49,442 nt of DNA from a virus (IMGVR_UViG_2537561691_000009), one strand, 5' to 3'; counted from the stretch's first letter, positions 9,233 to 17,500 are shown. Translations and numbers: made by a program. Notes: generated by a model from the letters alone, not told the origin.

Positions 9233-9415
9233 ATGCGAAAGTTTAAAATAATTATTGAAACGGGAATAGCCGGTGGAGATTTCGAGGATGAATTCGAAGT
9301 GGATGATGATGCGACGCCTGATGAAATACATGACGAAGCAAAAGATATTTTCTTTAACTACTGCAATTACTCATATCACGAAATAAAAGACGAAGAGGAA
9401 GAACAAAATGGCTGA
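9233..9415 (+). CDS. Small highly acidic protein, 60 aa
   Basis: About one third D/E residues; overlapping start with next ORF (ATGGCTGA). Confidence 0.5.
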   Translation: MRKFKIIIETGIAGGDFEDEFEVDDDATPDEIHDEAKDIFFNYCNYSYHEIKDEEEEQNG

Positions 9416-9584
9416 TTTTGGTTCAACTAAATACAACGTCAGTTTTGAAGAATGGCATGAACTGTTAATGGACTATGCAGAGTTACGTGGTGGCAGTGCT
9501 GCTGATGCTGAAGCATGGCGGGATGATTATGAAGCAGGAAAAACTCCGGTCGAAGCATATTGTGATGAGTGGGGCGATGAATGA
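9408..9584 (+). CDS. Small acidic protein, 58 aa (MADFGSTKYNVSFEEWHELLMDYAELRGG...)
   Basis: Hand-translated, below track threshold; translationally coupled to flanking ORFs via ATGA-type overlaps. Confidence 0.45.
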   Translation: MADFGSTKYNVSFEEWHELLMDYAELRGGSAADAEAWRDDYEAGKTPVEAYCDEWGDE

Positions 9585-9838
9585 GCGAGGTTAATTATCA
9601 GGAAGGGCATGAAACGGCGGGGCAAGCAAAAACAGTGGCATGGCGATATCGCTACGTGAAAAAAAAGGCGTTACGGACTTTCAGGGGAAGTAGTGGTCTG
9701 GTGACTGGAAATATGTACCGAAAAAAGAGGATTGTAACGACAGGCCGAACTATGAAATTCAGGCCTTATTCACTGCCCCGCCAGTCCCGGTTACATCAGA
9801 AGAACTGGTTAAAGCTGTGCACTTTTATGAACAACTAA
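9581..9838 (+). CDS. Hypothetical basic protein
   Basis: 85-aa ORF with start overlapping the previous stop. Confidence 0.35.
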   Translation: MSEVNYQEGHETAGQAKTVAWRYRYVKKKALRTFRGSSGLVTGNMYRKKRIVTTGRTMKFRPYSLPRQSRLHQKNWLKLCTFMNN

Positions 9839-10067
9839 AACGCGAAAATCCACCAGCATCCGGAAACCTGATTACAGATTCCCAGATAAGGCAATGAGCT
9901 ACCTGGCGCAGAACGGGCTGATAAGTATGGGGAATGTTTTACGATGAATATTTAGACTAAAGAGTTTGTAACGCTATGTAAGTGATTTTTTCTGGTTTAG
10001 ATATTTATATATCCGGCCAAATTGAGGTGTGTTTAAATGTAATTGCACATTGATTGTAGGAGGAATA

Positions 10068-10247
10068 ATGAAAAACGCATTGCAGTTTTTGTTTGTTGCG
10101 TTCTGGTTGTTCGTATCATGTATGCCCATCATCTTCACAGCAAGGTATATGGAAAAAGTTGATGTTTTGATATTAATATTTGGATATATAAATGCCCTTT
10201 TTTTAGGGGTGTTCATGGCGGTCATGTGCATTGAATACTGGCGGTAA
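10068..10247 (+). CDS. Small hydrophobic membrane protein, 59 aa, two predicted TM segments
   Basis: Strong SD (taggagga) 5 nt upstream of ATG; hydrophobic sequence; AT-rich upstream region. Confidence 0.5.
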   Translation: MKNALQFLFVAFWLFVSCMPIIFTARYMEKVDVLILIFGYINALFLGVFMAVMCIEYWR

Positions 10248-10379
10248 ATACAGCGAACGCCATTGGTTTAGTTGGATATTTACTGTGCCGGACAAAAACG
10301 GTTTGCGGGGAAATCTTAGTTAAGTAGAATGACTGCGGGTGCTTGAGGCTATCTGTCTCAGGCATGAACACCAAAAGGC

Positions 10380-10460
10380 AGATAGAGAAAAGCCCCAGTT
10401 AACATTACGCGTCCTGCAAGACGCTTAACATTAATCTGAGGCCATATCTATGCTCTACAC
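10380..10460 (-). ncRNA. sok: Putative Sok-like antisense RNA region (approximate)
   Basis: Inferred from hok/sok locus architecture (antisense RNA overlapping mok start); boundaries not determinable from sequence alone. Confidence 0.3.
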
Positions 10461-10662
10461 ACGTAGGTTAGCCTCTTACGTGCCGAAAGGCAAGGAGAAG
10501 CAGGCTATGAAGCAGCAAAAGGCGATGCTAATCGCCCTGATCGTCATCTGTTTAACCGTCATAGTGACGGCACTGGTAACGAGGAAAGACCTCTGCGAGG
10601 TACGAATCCGAACCGGCCAGACGGAGGTCGCTGTCTTCACAGCTTACGAACCTGAGGAGTAA
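10450..10662 (+). CDS. mok: Mok (modulator of killing) overlapping reading frame
   Basis: 70-aa ORF in frame with and extending upstream of hok. Confidence 0.55.
   Translation: MLYTRRLASYVPKGKEKQAMKQQKAMLIALIVICLTVIVTALVTRKDLCEVRIRTGQTEVAVFTAYEPEE
10507..10662 (+). CDS. hok: Hok/Gef family type I toxin, 51 aa
   Basis: MKQQKAMLIALIVICLTVIVTALVTRKDLCEVRIRTGQTEVAVFTAYEPEE has Hok-family TM helix and conserved C-terminal motif; 5' leader resembles hok mRNA leaders. Confidence 0.85.
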   Translation: MKQQKAMLIALIVICLTVIVTALVTRKDLCEVRIRTGQTEVAVFTAYEPEE

Positions 10663-10730
10663 GAGACCAGGCGGGGGAGAATCCCTCGCCACCTCTGATG
10701 TGTCAGGCATCCTCAACGCACCCGCACTTA

Positions 10731-10756
10731 ACCCGCTTCGGCGGGTTTTGTTTTTT
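10731..10756 (+). terminator. Rho-independent terminator after hok (cccgc-ttcg-gcggg + T-run)
   Basis: GC hairpin followed by ttttgtttttt. Confidence 0.55.
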
Positions 10757-10828
10757 CCTGGCATTCTGGTTTACAATTCGCACGTCAGCCTGAACACCTG
10801 ACACCTGCTGCGCCAGCAGAGAAAACAG

Positions 10829-11101
10829 ATGGCGCACAAAACCAAATTTCACAATTCTGATACCGACCTTGCCATCCGGCATGAGCGGCGTTCACACGCA
10901 TTTAAAACCGACTGGTACCAACACCCACCATGTACTGAAGAACAGGCCGAATGGCTGATTCATAACTACCGCAGACGTGGATATGAGTTTAGGAAAGCCC
11001 TCACCCTCGATTATCGTCACTGGATAATCTACGTCAGACTCCCTTATTCCGAACGCCCACCGCGTCCGTCCCGCACATTCCAGCAACGGATCTGGAGGTA
11101 A
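10829..11101 (+). CDS. Hypothetical protein
   Basis: 90-aa ORF upstream of DUF968-like gene. Confidence 0.45.
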   Translation: MAHKTKFHNSDTDLAIRHERRSHAFKTDWYQHPPCTEEQAEWLIHNYRRRGYEFRKALTLDYRHWIIYVRLPYSERPPRPSRTFQQRIWR

Positions 11102-11102
11102 C

Positions 11103-12161
11103 GTGCGGGTATTACTTCGATCTGTTCCGGTACCGGAACTTGGGCTGGTGGTCCTTAAGCCTGGTCGTGAATCCATGCAGGTATTCCGCAGCGGTCGTGT
11201 ACTGGTGGAGCCGGAACCGAAAAGCATGCGCGGTCTGCCGTCCGGAGTCGTTCCTGCCGTTCGCCAGCCATTGGCGGAGGATAAATCACTACTGCCATTT
11301 TTCAGCGATGAGCGGGTGATTCGTGCTGCTGGCGGTGCTGGTGCGCTGTCTGACTGGCTGTTACGCCACGTTAAATCCTGCCAGTGGCCTCATGGTGACT
11401 ATCATCACAGTGAAATCGTCATACATCGTTACGGTACCGGCGCGATGGTGTTGTGCTGGCACTGCGACAACCAGCTGCGTGACCAGACCTCCGAATCACT
11501 CGGGCAACTTGCTCATCAAAACCTGTCAGCATGGATGATTGACGTCATACGCCATGCAGTGAATGGCACGCAGGAGCGGGAATTATCGCTGGCTGAATTG
11601 TGCTGCTGGGCTTCTGTAAATGATGTAGTGGATGCCATGACCGAAAATATGGCGCGTCGAATCCTGAAGCTTCCGGGTGAAAAAATCCGCTCAGTATACC
11701 GCGAGAGCGACATCGTACCGGGAGAGCAGACCGCCATCAGCATACTGAAGCAGCGCACAAAAAATATTGCGCCGTTGCCTCACGCCCACCAGCAACAGAA
11801 TCCACCACAGGAAAAGACGGTGGTCAGCATTGCCGTTGATCCGGAGTCACCGGCTCAGTATCTCCAGCGCCAGAAACCACAACGGGAAGAGATGCCTGTA
11901 TACACGCGCTGGGTAAAAACGCAGAAATGCATGACGTGTGGCAATCAGGCAGATGATCCGCATCACATCATTGGTCATGGACTGGGAGGGATGGGAACAA
12001 AGGCTGATGATTTGTTTGTTATTCCGCTGTGCCGTAAATGCCATAGCGAACTACACGCCGGGGTAAAAGATTTTGAAGAAAAACACGGCAGCCAGCTGTT
12101 GTTGCTGATTCGTTTTTTAATGCACGCGAGAAATTCGGGTGTCCTGAAGTGGAAAGCATGA
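11103..12161 (+). CDS. DUF968/YdfU-like protein with C-terminal Cys/His-rich motif
   Basis: 352-aa ORF; C-terminal CMTCG...HHIIGHG...CRKCH motif; directly upstream of rusA. Confidence 0.65.
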   Translation: MRVLLRSVPVPELGLVVLKPGRESMQVFRSGRVLVEPEPKSMRGLPSGVVPAVRQPLAEDKSLLPFFSDERVIRAAGGAGALSDWLLRHVKSCQWPHGDYHHSEIVIHRYGTGAMVLCWHCDNQLRDQTSESLGQLAHQNLSAWMIDVIRHAVNGTQERELSLAELCCWASVNDVVDAMTENMARRILKLPGEKIRSVYRESDIVPGEQTAISILKQRTKNIAPLPHAHQQQNPPQEKTVVSIAVDPESPAQYLQRQKPQREEMPVYTRWVKTQKCMTCGNQADDPHHIIGHGLGGMGTKADDLFVIPLCRKCHSELHAGVKDFEEKHGSQLLLLIRFLMHARNSGVLKWKA

Positions 12162-12527
12162 ATGACTGAACGCATAGAATTTGTTTTGCCTTACCCGCCA
12201 ACGGTGAACACTTACTGGCGACGTCGTGGCAGCACATATTTTGTATCAAAAGCCGGTGAGCGTTATCGCCGTGATGTGGCGCTTATTGTTCGCCAGCAGC
12301 GGCTGAAATTAAACCTGTCCGGAAGGCTGGCGATAAAGATTATTGCAGAGCCACCGGATAAACGTCGTCGTGACCTGGACAATATCCTGAAAGCACCACT
12401 GGATGCGCTGACGCATGCCGGACTTCTCATAGACGACGAGCAGTTTGATGAAATCAATATTGTGCGCGGTCAGCGCGTTCCTGGGGGGCGGCTGGGCGTG
12501 AAGATTTACAAAATTGAGAGTGAGTGA
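12162..12527 (+). CDS. rusA: Holliday junction resolvase RusA
   Basis: 121-aa ORF with RusA-like sequence (LPYPPTVNTYWR..., acidic catalytic residues); nin-region position. Confidence 0.85.
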   Translation: MTERIEFVLPYPPTVNTYWRRRGSTYFVSKAGERYRRDVALIVRQQRLKLNLSGRLAIKIIAEPPDKRRRDLDNILKAPLDALTHAGLLIDDEQFDEINIVRGQRVPGGRLGVKIYKIESE

Positions 12528-12535
12528 TCGTAAAT

Positions 12536-13081
12536 ATGATATATCCGGAAATTACAGGCAAAAGCGGCGAGCATTTACGTCTAAAAACGCTGGAAGCCGT
12601 CTGGATCCAGGGGAAATTACGGATGTGGGGGCGTTGGTCGTACATAGGTGGTGGCAAACCAGGAAATATGTTCAATCAGTTGCTGGCATCCAAAACACTT
12701 ACAAAAACTGCGATCAATGAAGCTCTGCGCAGAATAAAAAAATCAGGGATTGATAAAACTGAGCTGGAAGCGTTTTTGCGTGAGATGATCAACAGCAAGC
12801 AAAAGAGCGGGCTGGCTTATTGTACTGATGCCGAGGCGTTATGTATCGATCGGGTAATTAGTAAAGTGTTGGCAGAGCATCCGGGATTGATTTGTATCCT
12901 CCGACAAAGATATGAAGGGCTGGGAATGAGCAAGCTGAAAATGGCAGAACAGTTAAAAAAGAATCACCCTGACTGGAGCCTGAAAACTTGTAGAAATCGC
13001 ATTGATGTTTGGTTGGCGATGGCTGAAACCATGCTTTTCCTTCCAATGTGCGTGGCACTTCGGTGCTTTTCTGATAACTGA
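12536..13081 (+). CDS. Putative late-gene antiterminator Q
   Basis: About 181 aa directly after rusA; RMWGRWSY motif reminiscent of Q-family antiterminators; position before late/lysis region. Confidence 0.6.
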   Translation: MIYPEITGKSGEHLRLKTLEAVWIQGKLRMWGRWSYIGGGKPGNMFNQLLASKTLTKTAINEALRRIKKSGIDKTELEAFLREMINSKQKSGLAYCTDAEALCIDRVISKVLAEHPGLICILRQRYEGLGMSKLKMAEQLKKNHPDWSLKTCRNRIDVWLAMAETMLFLPMCVALRCFSDN

Positions 13082-13109
13082 TGATAGAAGTGCATCAGCT
13101 ATCAATCTT

Positions 13110-13138
13110 GTTGACGTTCATCAAGGTCTGGACAATAC
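13110..13138 (+). promoter_or_regulatory. Candidate sigma70 promoter downstream of Q (ttgacg-17 nt-aatact), possible pR'-like late promoter
   Basis: -35/-10-like hexamers read by eye with 17-bp spacing; untested. Confidence 0.25.
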
Positions 13139-13170
13139 TTACGTTAAGTTCCAACATATGGAAGATAAGA

Positions 13171-14361
13171 ATGATATTTACACGATTGAGATTTATCAAT
13201 TTGTACGCTTTTGAGGATGCAGAGCTTAACCTGTCCTATCCAAGGAAACCTGTAAACATGCCTCTTGATGGGGAGTTTTTGGCTGGACGGCCTAAATTTT
13301 ACTATAAAAAAGTCTGTATCATAACGGGGGGAAATGCTTCAGGCAAGACGTCACTAGGGCGAATTCTTTGTGGAATTCAGGTGTTTCTAAGAACCAAAGA
13401 GTTGCGGAGTAATCTGCGAGTGAATAATAAAAATAATGATGCTTCGTTTGAAGTAGACTTTGCTACGGAGGAACATTTTCATCATCGTTTGTATGTACGC
13501 TTTGCTACCAGTGAAGGCGGAGCGCACATAATCAAAGAAATTAAATATGGTTTTGTTCAAATAGCATTAAATGATTCTTGCTATAAAACCACAGAAAAAC
13601 TGAATCAACTCTTTTCTGGAAGGGCCCCAGGAGATACAGAATATTTTTTTCAGGAACTAGCTACTGATAGCGAACCAGTTGTATTGGAGTTTTTCAAGCA
13701 ACTTAAGTTTTTTGGTGGATGGTACTATTTGTTGTCTGAAACTAAAGAAAGTACCACTGCAATTTCAGGAATGAATAAAAATATTCTTGAAAGGATAATT
13801 CGCACTTTCGATTCAAGTATTATAGGAGTTACCGAGATGCTGGAGTCTGAAAGTGACGGGGATGAAAATAAATCATCTGCGGTTTATCTGATTAAATTTA
13901 AAAACTCTGATTCTCTTGTCGTTACCAGTAAAGGTGAAATAATTAACTCAGACCGTCTTTCTCGAGGAACATACGAGGCAGTGACGGTAGCGCATTTTAT
14001 AAGCGCTATTATCTCTGATTGTGAAAGACTAGGTAAGCAATCTCTAATACCATCAATGACTTATTTTCTTGACGAGAAATTGGCTTATACACATTCAGAG
14101 TTAGAGCGTATGATTGTGGCGCTGATTATATCTAATTTGAAAGAAAATACTCAGTTTTTCTATACAACGCATAACATGGATATTTTTGAGTTGGATCTGC
14201 CTGTTCACTCGTTCATTTTTATTAAAAAAACGAAAGACTATTCGGAGTTTGTTGAAGCAAATTCAGTTGTTAAAAAAAATGACCGTAGCATGCGAAACGC
14301 TGTTGAGAGAGATGTCTTTGGTGTCTTACCTGACACATCATTAGTATCGGAGCTACTCTGA
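13171..14361 (+). CDS. P-loop ABC-type ATPase (AAA_21/AAA_15-like; AbiLi/RloA/AriA-like)
   Basis: Walker A GGNASGKTS near N-terminus; later YFLDE (Walker B-like) and TTHN (H-loop-like); start placed at MIFTRLRFINLY; AT-rich codon usage. Confidence 0.75.
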   Translation: MIFTRLRFINLYAFEDAELNLSYPRKPVNMPLDGEFLAGRPKFYYKKVCIITGGNASGKTSLGRILCGIQVFLRTKELRSNLRVNNKNNDASFEVDFATEEHFHHRLYVRFATSEGGAHIIKEIKYGFVQIALNDSCYKTTEKLNQLFSGRAPGDTEYFFQELATDSEPVVLEFFKQLKFFGGWYYLLSETKESTTAISGMNKNILERIIRTFDSSIIGVTEMLESESDGDENKSSAVYLIKFKNSDSLVVTSKGEIINSDRLSRGTYEAVTVAHFISAIISDCERLGKQSLIPSMTYFLDEKLAYTHSELERMIVALIISNLKENTQFFYTTHNMDIFELDLPVHSFIFIKKTKDYSEFVEANSVVKKNDRSMRNAVERDVFGVLPDTSLVSELL

Positions 14362-14894
14362 TGGCGGGGTTGTCTAAAATAAGAATAATTTTTGTCGAAG
14401 GTGAAACAGAAAACTCTCTTTTTCAGAAGATGAAACAACAGAGAGTTATTGATGCCAAATCAATTGTAAAAAGAAACTTTTGGCAAGAGAGCATAAGAAA
14501 TTATGCGATTACTATTCCGAAGGGAAGTGATATACTAATTGTCTTTGATAGTGATGAAGTGGAGCAATCTGCAAGATTCATTGAAAATGTAAAGTTCCTT
14601 AAAAACAGAGGGCATAAAGTTTATCTTTTGCAGCAGAAAAGAAATTTTGAGGAGGAGTTGGCCTGGTGTTGCGGAATTCCTGTAAAAAAACTAATTGCTG
14701 GGTTCTGTGCAAAAAAAACATCGGGTATAAATGATTTCAAGAGAGATTTTATTGCTTGTAACAATCAACTTTCAAAGTTACTGAAAATGGGCATGCAGGA
14801 AACTAAGTGGTTTACAAGAGATTTACATACTGTATTGGAGCCTGTTGCAAGTTTTAAGTCATCTTTTTCTAAACATTTCAGGTTAACAAGATGA
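14361..14894 (+). CDS. Small Toprim-like protein (RloB/AbiLii/OLD-Toprim-like), 177 aa
   Basis: N-terminal IIFVEGETE plus downstream VFDSDE (acidic E...DxD Toprim-like pattern); start ATG overlaps ATPase stop (TGATG). Confidence 0.65.
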   Translation: MAGLSKIRIIFVEGETENSLFQKMKQQRVIDAKSIVKRNFWQESIRNYAITIPKGSDILIVFDSDEVEQSARFIENVKFLKNRGHKVYLLQQKRNFEEELAWCCGIPVKKLIAGFCAKKTSGINDFKRDFIACNNQLSKLLKMGMQETKWFTRDLHTVLEPVASFKSSFSKHFRLTR

Positions 14895-15027
14895 TTTATT
14901 TTCTTTTTTGTTCAGTTGATTGTTTTTGTTTGTAAAATGTCTTGATTTTTTGCCAATAAACTGTTTCAATCCAGCTACGCTTCGCAAAGCTATACCGCGA
15001 GGCGAATAGCAGACATGGACACCTGAA

Positions 15028-15054
15028 AGAACCCGCTTTATGCGGGTTTTTTTA
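15028..15054 (+). terminator. Rho-independent terminator after the ATPase/Toprim cassette
   Basis: aacccgc-ttta-tgcgggtttttttat hairpin with T-run. Confidence 0.7.
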
Positions 15055-15176
15055 TGCCTGAAAAACGGCACAGAACATTAAACGCGCTGGTAGTTGTGAA
15101 TACTGGTCTTTCAGCTTGCTGGCTTTTTCGACAAGAGGTATTGGTATGTCACGTTAACCGGAAAAGGGAAAAAGGC

Positions 15177-15374
15177 ATGCTAAAACAGCAGGATATGACC
15201 GAAACCGCCAGAGTGGTGTTTAATGAATTAAGCGTCACCGAACCGGCGACCGTCGGGGAAATTGCGCAGAATACTTACCTTTCACGCGAACGCTGCCAGT
15301 TAATACTGACTCAGCTTGTTATGGCGGGTCTGGCAGATTATCAGTTCGGTTGTTACAGACGCCTTCCGCAGTGA
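15177..15374 (+). CDS. Small putative wHTH protein, 65 aa
   Basis: Start at MLKQQD with aaggga SD; upstream of methyltransferase. Confidence 0.45.
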   Translation: MLKQQDMTETARVVFNELSVTEPATVGEIAQNTYLSRERCQLILTQLVMAGLADYQFGCYRRLPQ

Positions 15375-15524
15375 AGGCTTTTTAATTTGTGGTAATGGGC
15401 GGCTGGTGGGGGTTAGCGGCACCTGCCAGCCATCTGCTCATGCGTTGGGGTCACAAGCAAACCTCAGGCCCATCTGCTTTGCGCAAAAGCGGTATGAGCC
15501 TATCAGAGAAGTGCTTATTGATCT

Positions 15525-16574
15525 ATGGCTAATACTGTAAAAATATCCAGTTGTGAGTTAATCAACGCTGATTGCCTGGAATTTATCCAGACCTTACCGG
15601 AAAACTCTGTCGATCTTATAGTCACAGACCCGCCATACTTTAAAGTGAAACCCGAGGGCTGGGATAACCAGTGGAAGGGCGACGATGATTACCTGAAGTG
15701 GCTGGACCAGTGTCTGGCGCAGTTCTGGCGGGTGCTGAAACCTGTCGGAAGTCTTTACCTGTTCTGTGGTCATCGCCTGGCATCTGATATCGAAATCATG
15801 ATGCGTGAACGCTTCAGTGTGCTGAACCATATTATCTGGGCGAAGCCGTCCGGACGCTGGAACGGATGCAACAAGGAAAGCCTGCGGGCGTATTCCCCCG
15901 CCACAGAGCGCATTCTGTTCGCGGAACATTATCAGGGGCCGTATCGTCCGAAAGATGCCGGGTATGCGGCGAAGGGCAGTGCACTGAAACAGCATGTGAT
16001 GGCCCCGCTGATTTCTTACTTTCGTGATGCGCGCGCGGCCCTGGGGATAACGGCAAAACAGATTGCAGATGCCACAGGAAAGAAAAACATGGTGTCGCAC
16101 TGGTTCAGTGCCAGTCAGTGGCAGCTACCGAACGAAAGCGATTATCTGAAATTACAGTCGCTGTTTGCCCGGGTGGCAGAAGAGAAACATCAGCGCGGTG
16201 AACTGGAAAAGCCCCACCACCAGCTGGTGGATACGTATACGTCACTGAACCGGCAGTATGTGGAGCTGCAGAGTGAATATAAGCATCTGCGGCGGTATTT
16301 TGGTGTGACGGCGCAGGTGCCGTACACGGATGTGTGGACACATAAACCGGTGCAGTTCTATCCCGGGAAACATCCGTGCGAAAAACCGGCAGAAATGCTG
16401 CAGCAGATAATCAGCGCAAGCAGTCGTCCGGGAGACCTGGTTGCAGATTTTTTTATGGGCTCAGGTTCAACGGTAAAAGCTGCACTGGCGCTCGGGCGTC
16501 GTGCGATTGGCGTTGAACTGGAGACCGGACGTTTTGAGCAGACAGTCAGGGAAGTTCAGGATTTAATCGTTTGA
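15525..16574 (+). CDS. DNA N6-adenine methyltransferase (DPPY motif)
   Basis: 349-aa ORF with VTDPPYF catalytic motif near N-terminus and SAM-binding-like region near C-terminus; no adjacent restriction endonuclease evident. Confidence 0.85.
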   Translation: MANTVKISSCELINADCLEFIQTLPENSVDLIVTDPPYFKVKPEGWDNQWKGDDDYLKWLDQCLAQFWRVLKPVGSLYLFCGHRLASDIEIMMRERFSVLNHIIWAKPSGRWNGCNKESLRAYSPATERILFAEHYQGPYRPKDAGYAAKGSALKQHVMAPLISYFRDARAALGITAKQIADATGKKNMVSHWFSASQWQLPNESDYLKLQSLFARVAEEKHQRGELEKPHHQLVDTYTSLNRQYVELQSEYKHLRRYFGVTAQVPYTDVWTHKPVQFYPGKHPCEKPAEMLQQIISASSRPGDLVADFFMGSGSTVKAALALGRRAIGVELETGRFEQTVREVQDLIV

Positions 16575-16623
16575 AACGGATGAGATTGCAGAATTAATTA
16601 CGCACCATTATTATTCTGCTCCC

Positions 16624-16699
16624 GGCCCTTTAGCTCAGTGGTGAGAGCGAGCGACTCATAATCGCCAGGTCGCTGGTTCAAATCCAGCAAGGGCCACCA
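16624..16699 (+). tRNA. tRNA with CAU anticodon (Ile2/ileZ-like, or Met)
   Basis: Cloverleaf parsed by hand: acceptor ggccctt/aagggcc, anticodon loop ctCATaa, T-loop ttcaaat, 3' CCA. Confidence 0.8.
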
Positions 16700-16706
16700 T
16701 CACATA

Positions 16707-16783
16707 CCGCCATTAGCTCATCAGGAAAGAGCGCCAGCCTTCGAAGCTGGTTGCGCGGGGTTCAAGTCCCCGATGGCGGTCCA
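16707..16783 (+). tRNA. tRNA-Arg (anticodon UCG)
   Basis: Acceptor ccgccat/atggcgg, anticodon loop ctTCGaa, T-loop ttcaagt, 3' CCA. Confidence 0.8.
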
Positions 16784-16796
16784 TTATCTGCATCAT

Positions 16797-16873
16797 GCGT
16801 TGTTAGCTCAGCCGGACAGAGCAATTGCCTTCTAAGCAATCGGTCACTGGTTCGAATCCAGTACAACGCGCCA
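16797..16873 (+). tRNA. tRNA-Arg (anticodon UCU)
   Basis: Acceptor gcgttgt/acaacgc, anticodon stem attgc/gcaat, loop ctTCTaa, T-loop ttcgaat, 3' CCA. Confidence 0.8.
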
Positions 16874-17111
16874 CACTTATTTTCCCTGGCTCGCTTTTGT
16901 GGGCCTTTTTTTTAAATGTCTCACAATTTAGGCGGTTGACTGTTGTCTGGTTTGCGGGGAGTTTGTTAAAAGAAACTGGCATGGTGAATCCCCCTGTGCG
17001 GAGGGGCAATCAGCGAGTAGGTATATGGGATAATCGCGGATTCAGGTGCTGGTACTGAATTCACCGGGAGGCACCCGGCACCATGCAATGGCACATAGCG
17101 CCACTCTCCAG

Positions 17112-17133
17112 CCCCTCTCCGGAGGGGCTGTTT
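17112..17133 (+). terminator. Possible terminator hairpin (cccctc-tccg-gagggg + T-rich tail)
   Basis: GC stem-loop followed by ctgtttat. Confidence 0.35.
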
Positions 17134-17164
17134 ATATTGATTTTGTCAGATGTGAGTAAACTGC

Positions 17165-17500
17165 TTATGGACTTTGTTGTTTTAGCCCATAAGGACATAT
17201 TTGCAGAGTGCAACGGTTATTAAAGCATTCATTCAATACGTTATCTGTATTTGTAGGGCATTCCTGGCTGTTTTTGATTAAATTCCAGAATGTTTTATTG
17301 AATGGTACTACGTTGTAAATGGTTACAGGTAGCACTTTGTTATTGAGCATGATGCCTGTGTGAGTCAGTGTAAATATACTTTCAGGAGGTAAGAAAGCAT
17401 CCGATTGATACCAGATTATTAATTTTATTTTACTCCATATGACTGAAAAAGATATTCCGCATGATGGCTGGATAACTGTATCAATCACAATCCACTTCAT
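17165..17500 (-). CDS. Hypothetical Cys-containing protein in AT-rich island (occupies the position stx genes take in Stx phages)
   Basis: 111-aa ORF with aagga SD 6 nt upstream of ATG; AT-rich; opposite strand to late operon. Confidence 0.5.
   Translation of the reverse strand: MKWIVIDTVIQPSCGISFSVIWSKIKLIIWYQSDAFLPPESIFTLTHTGIMLNNKVLPVTIYNVVPFNKTFWNLIKNSQECPTNTDNVLNECFNNRCTLQICPYGLKQQSP

Noticed and set aside
13081-13170. N-terminal 30-aa extension of the ATPase ORF (start at 13081)
   Set aside because: The extension is hydrophobic and unlike ATPase N-termini and overlaps the Q stop region; the internal start at 13171 gives a typical N-terminus and has an SD-like ggaag upstream.
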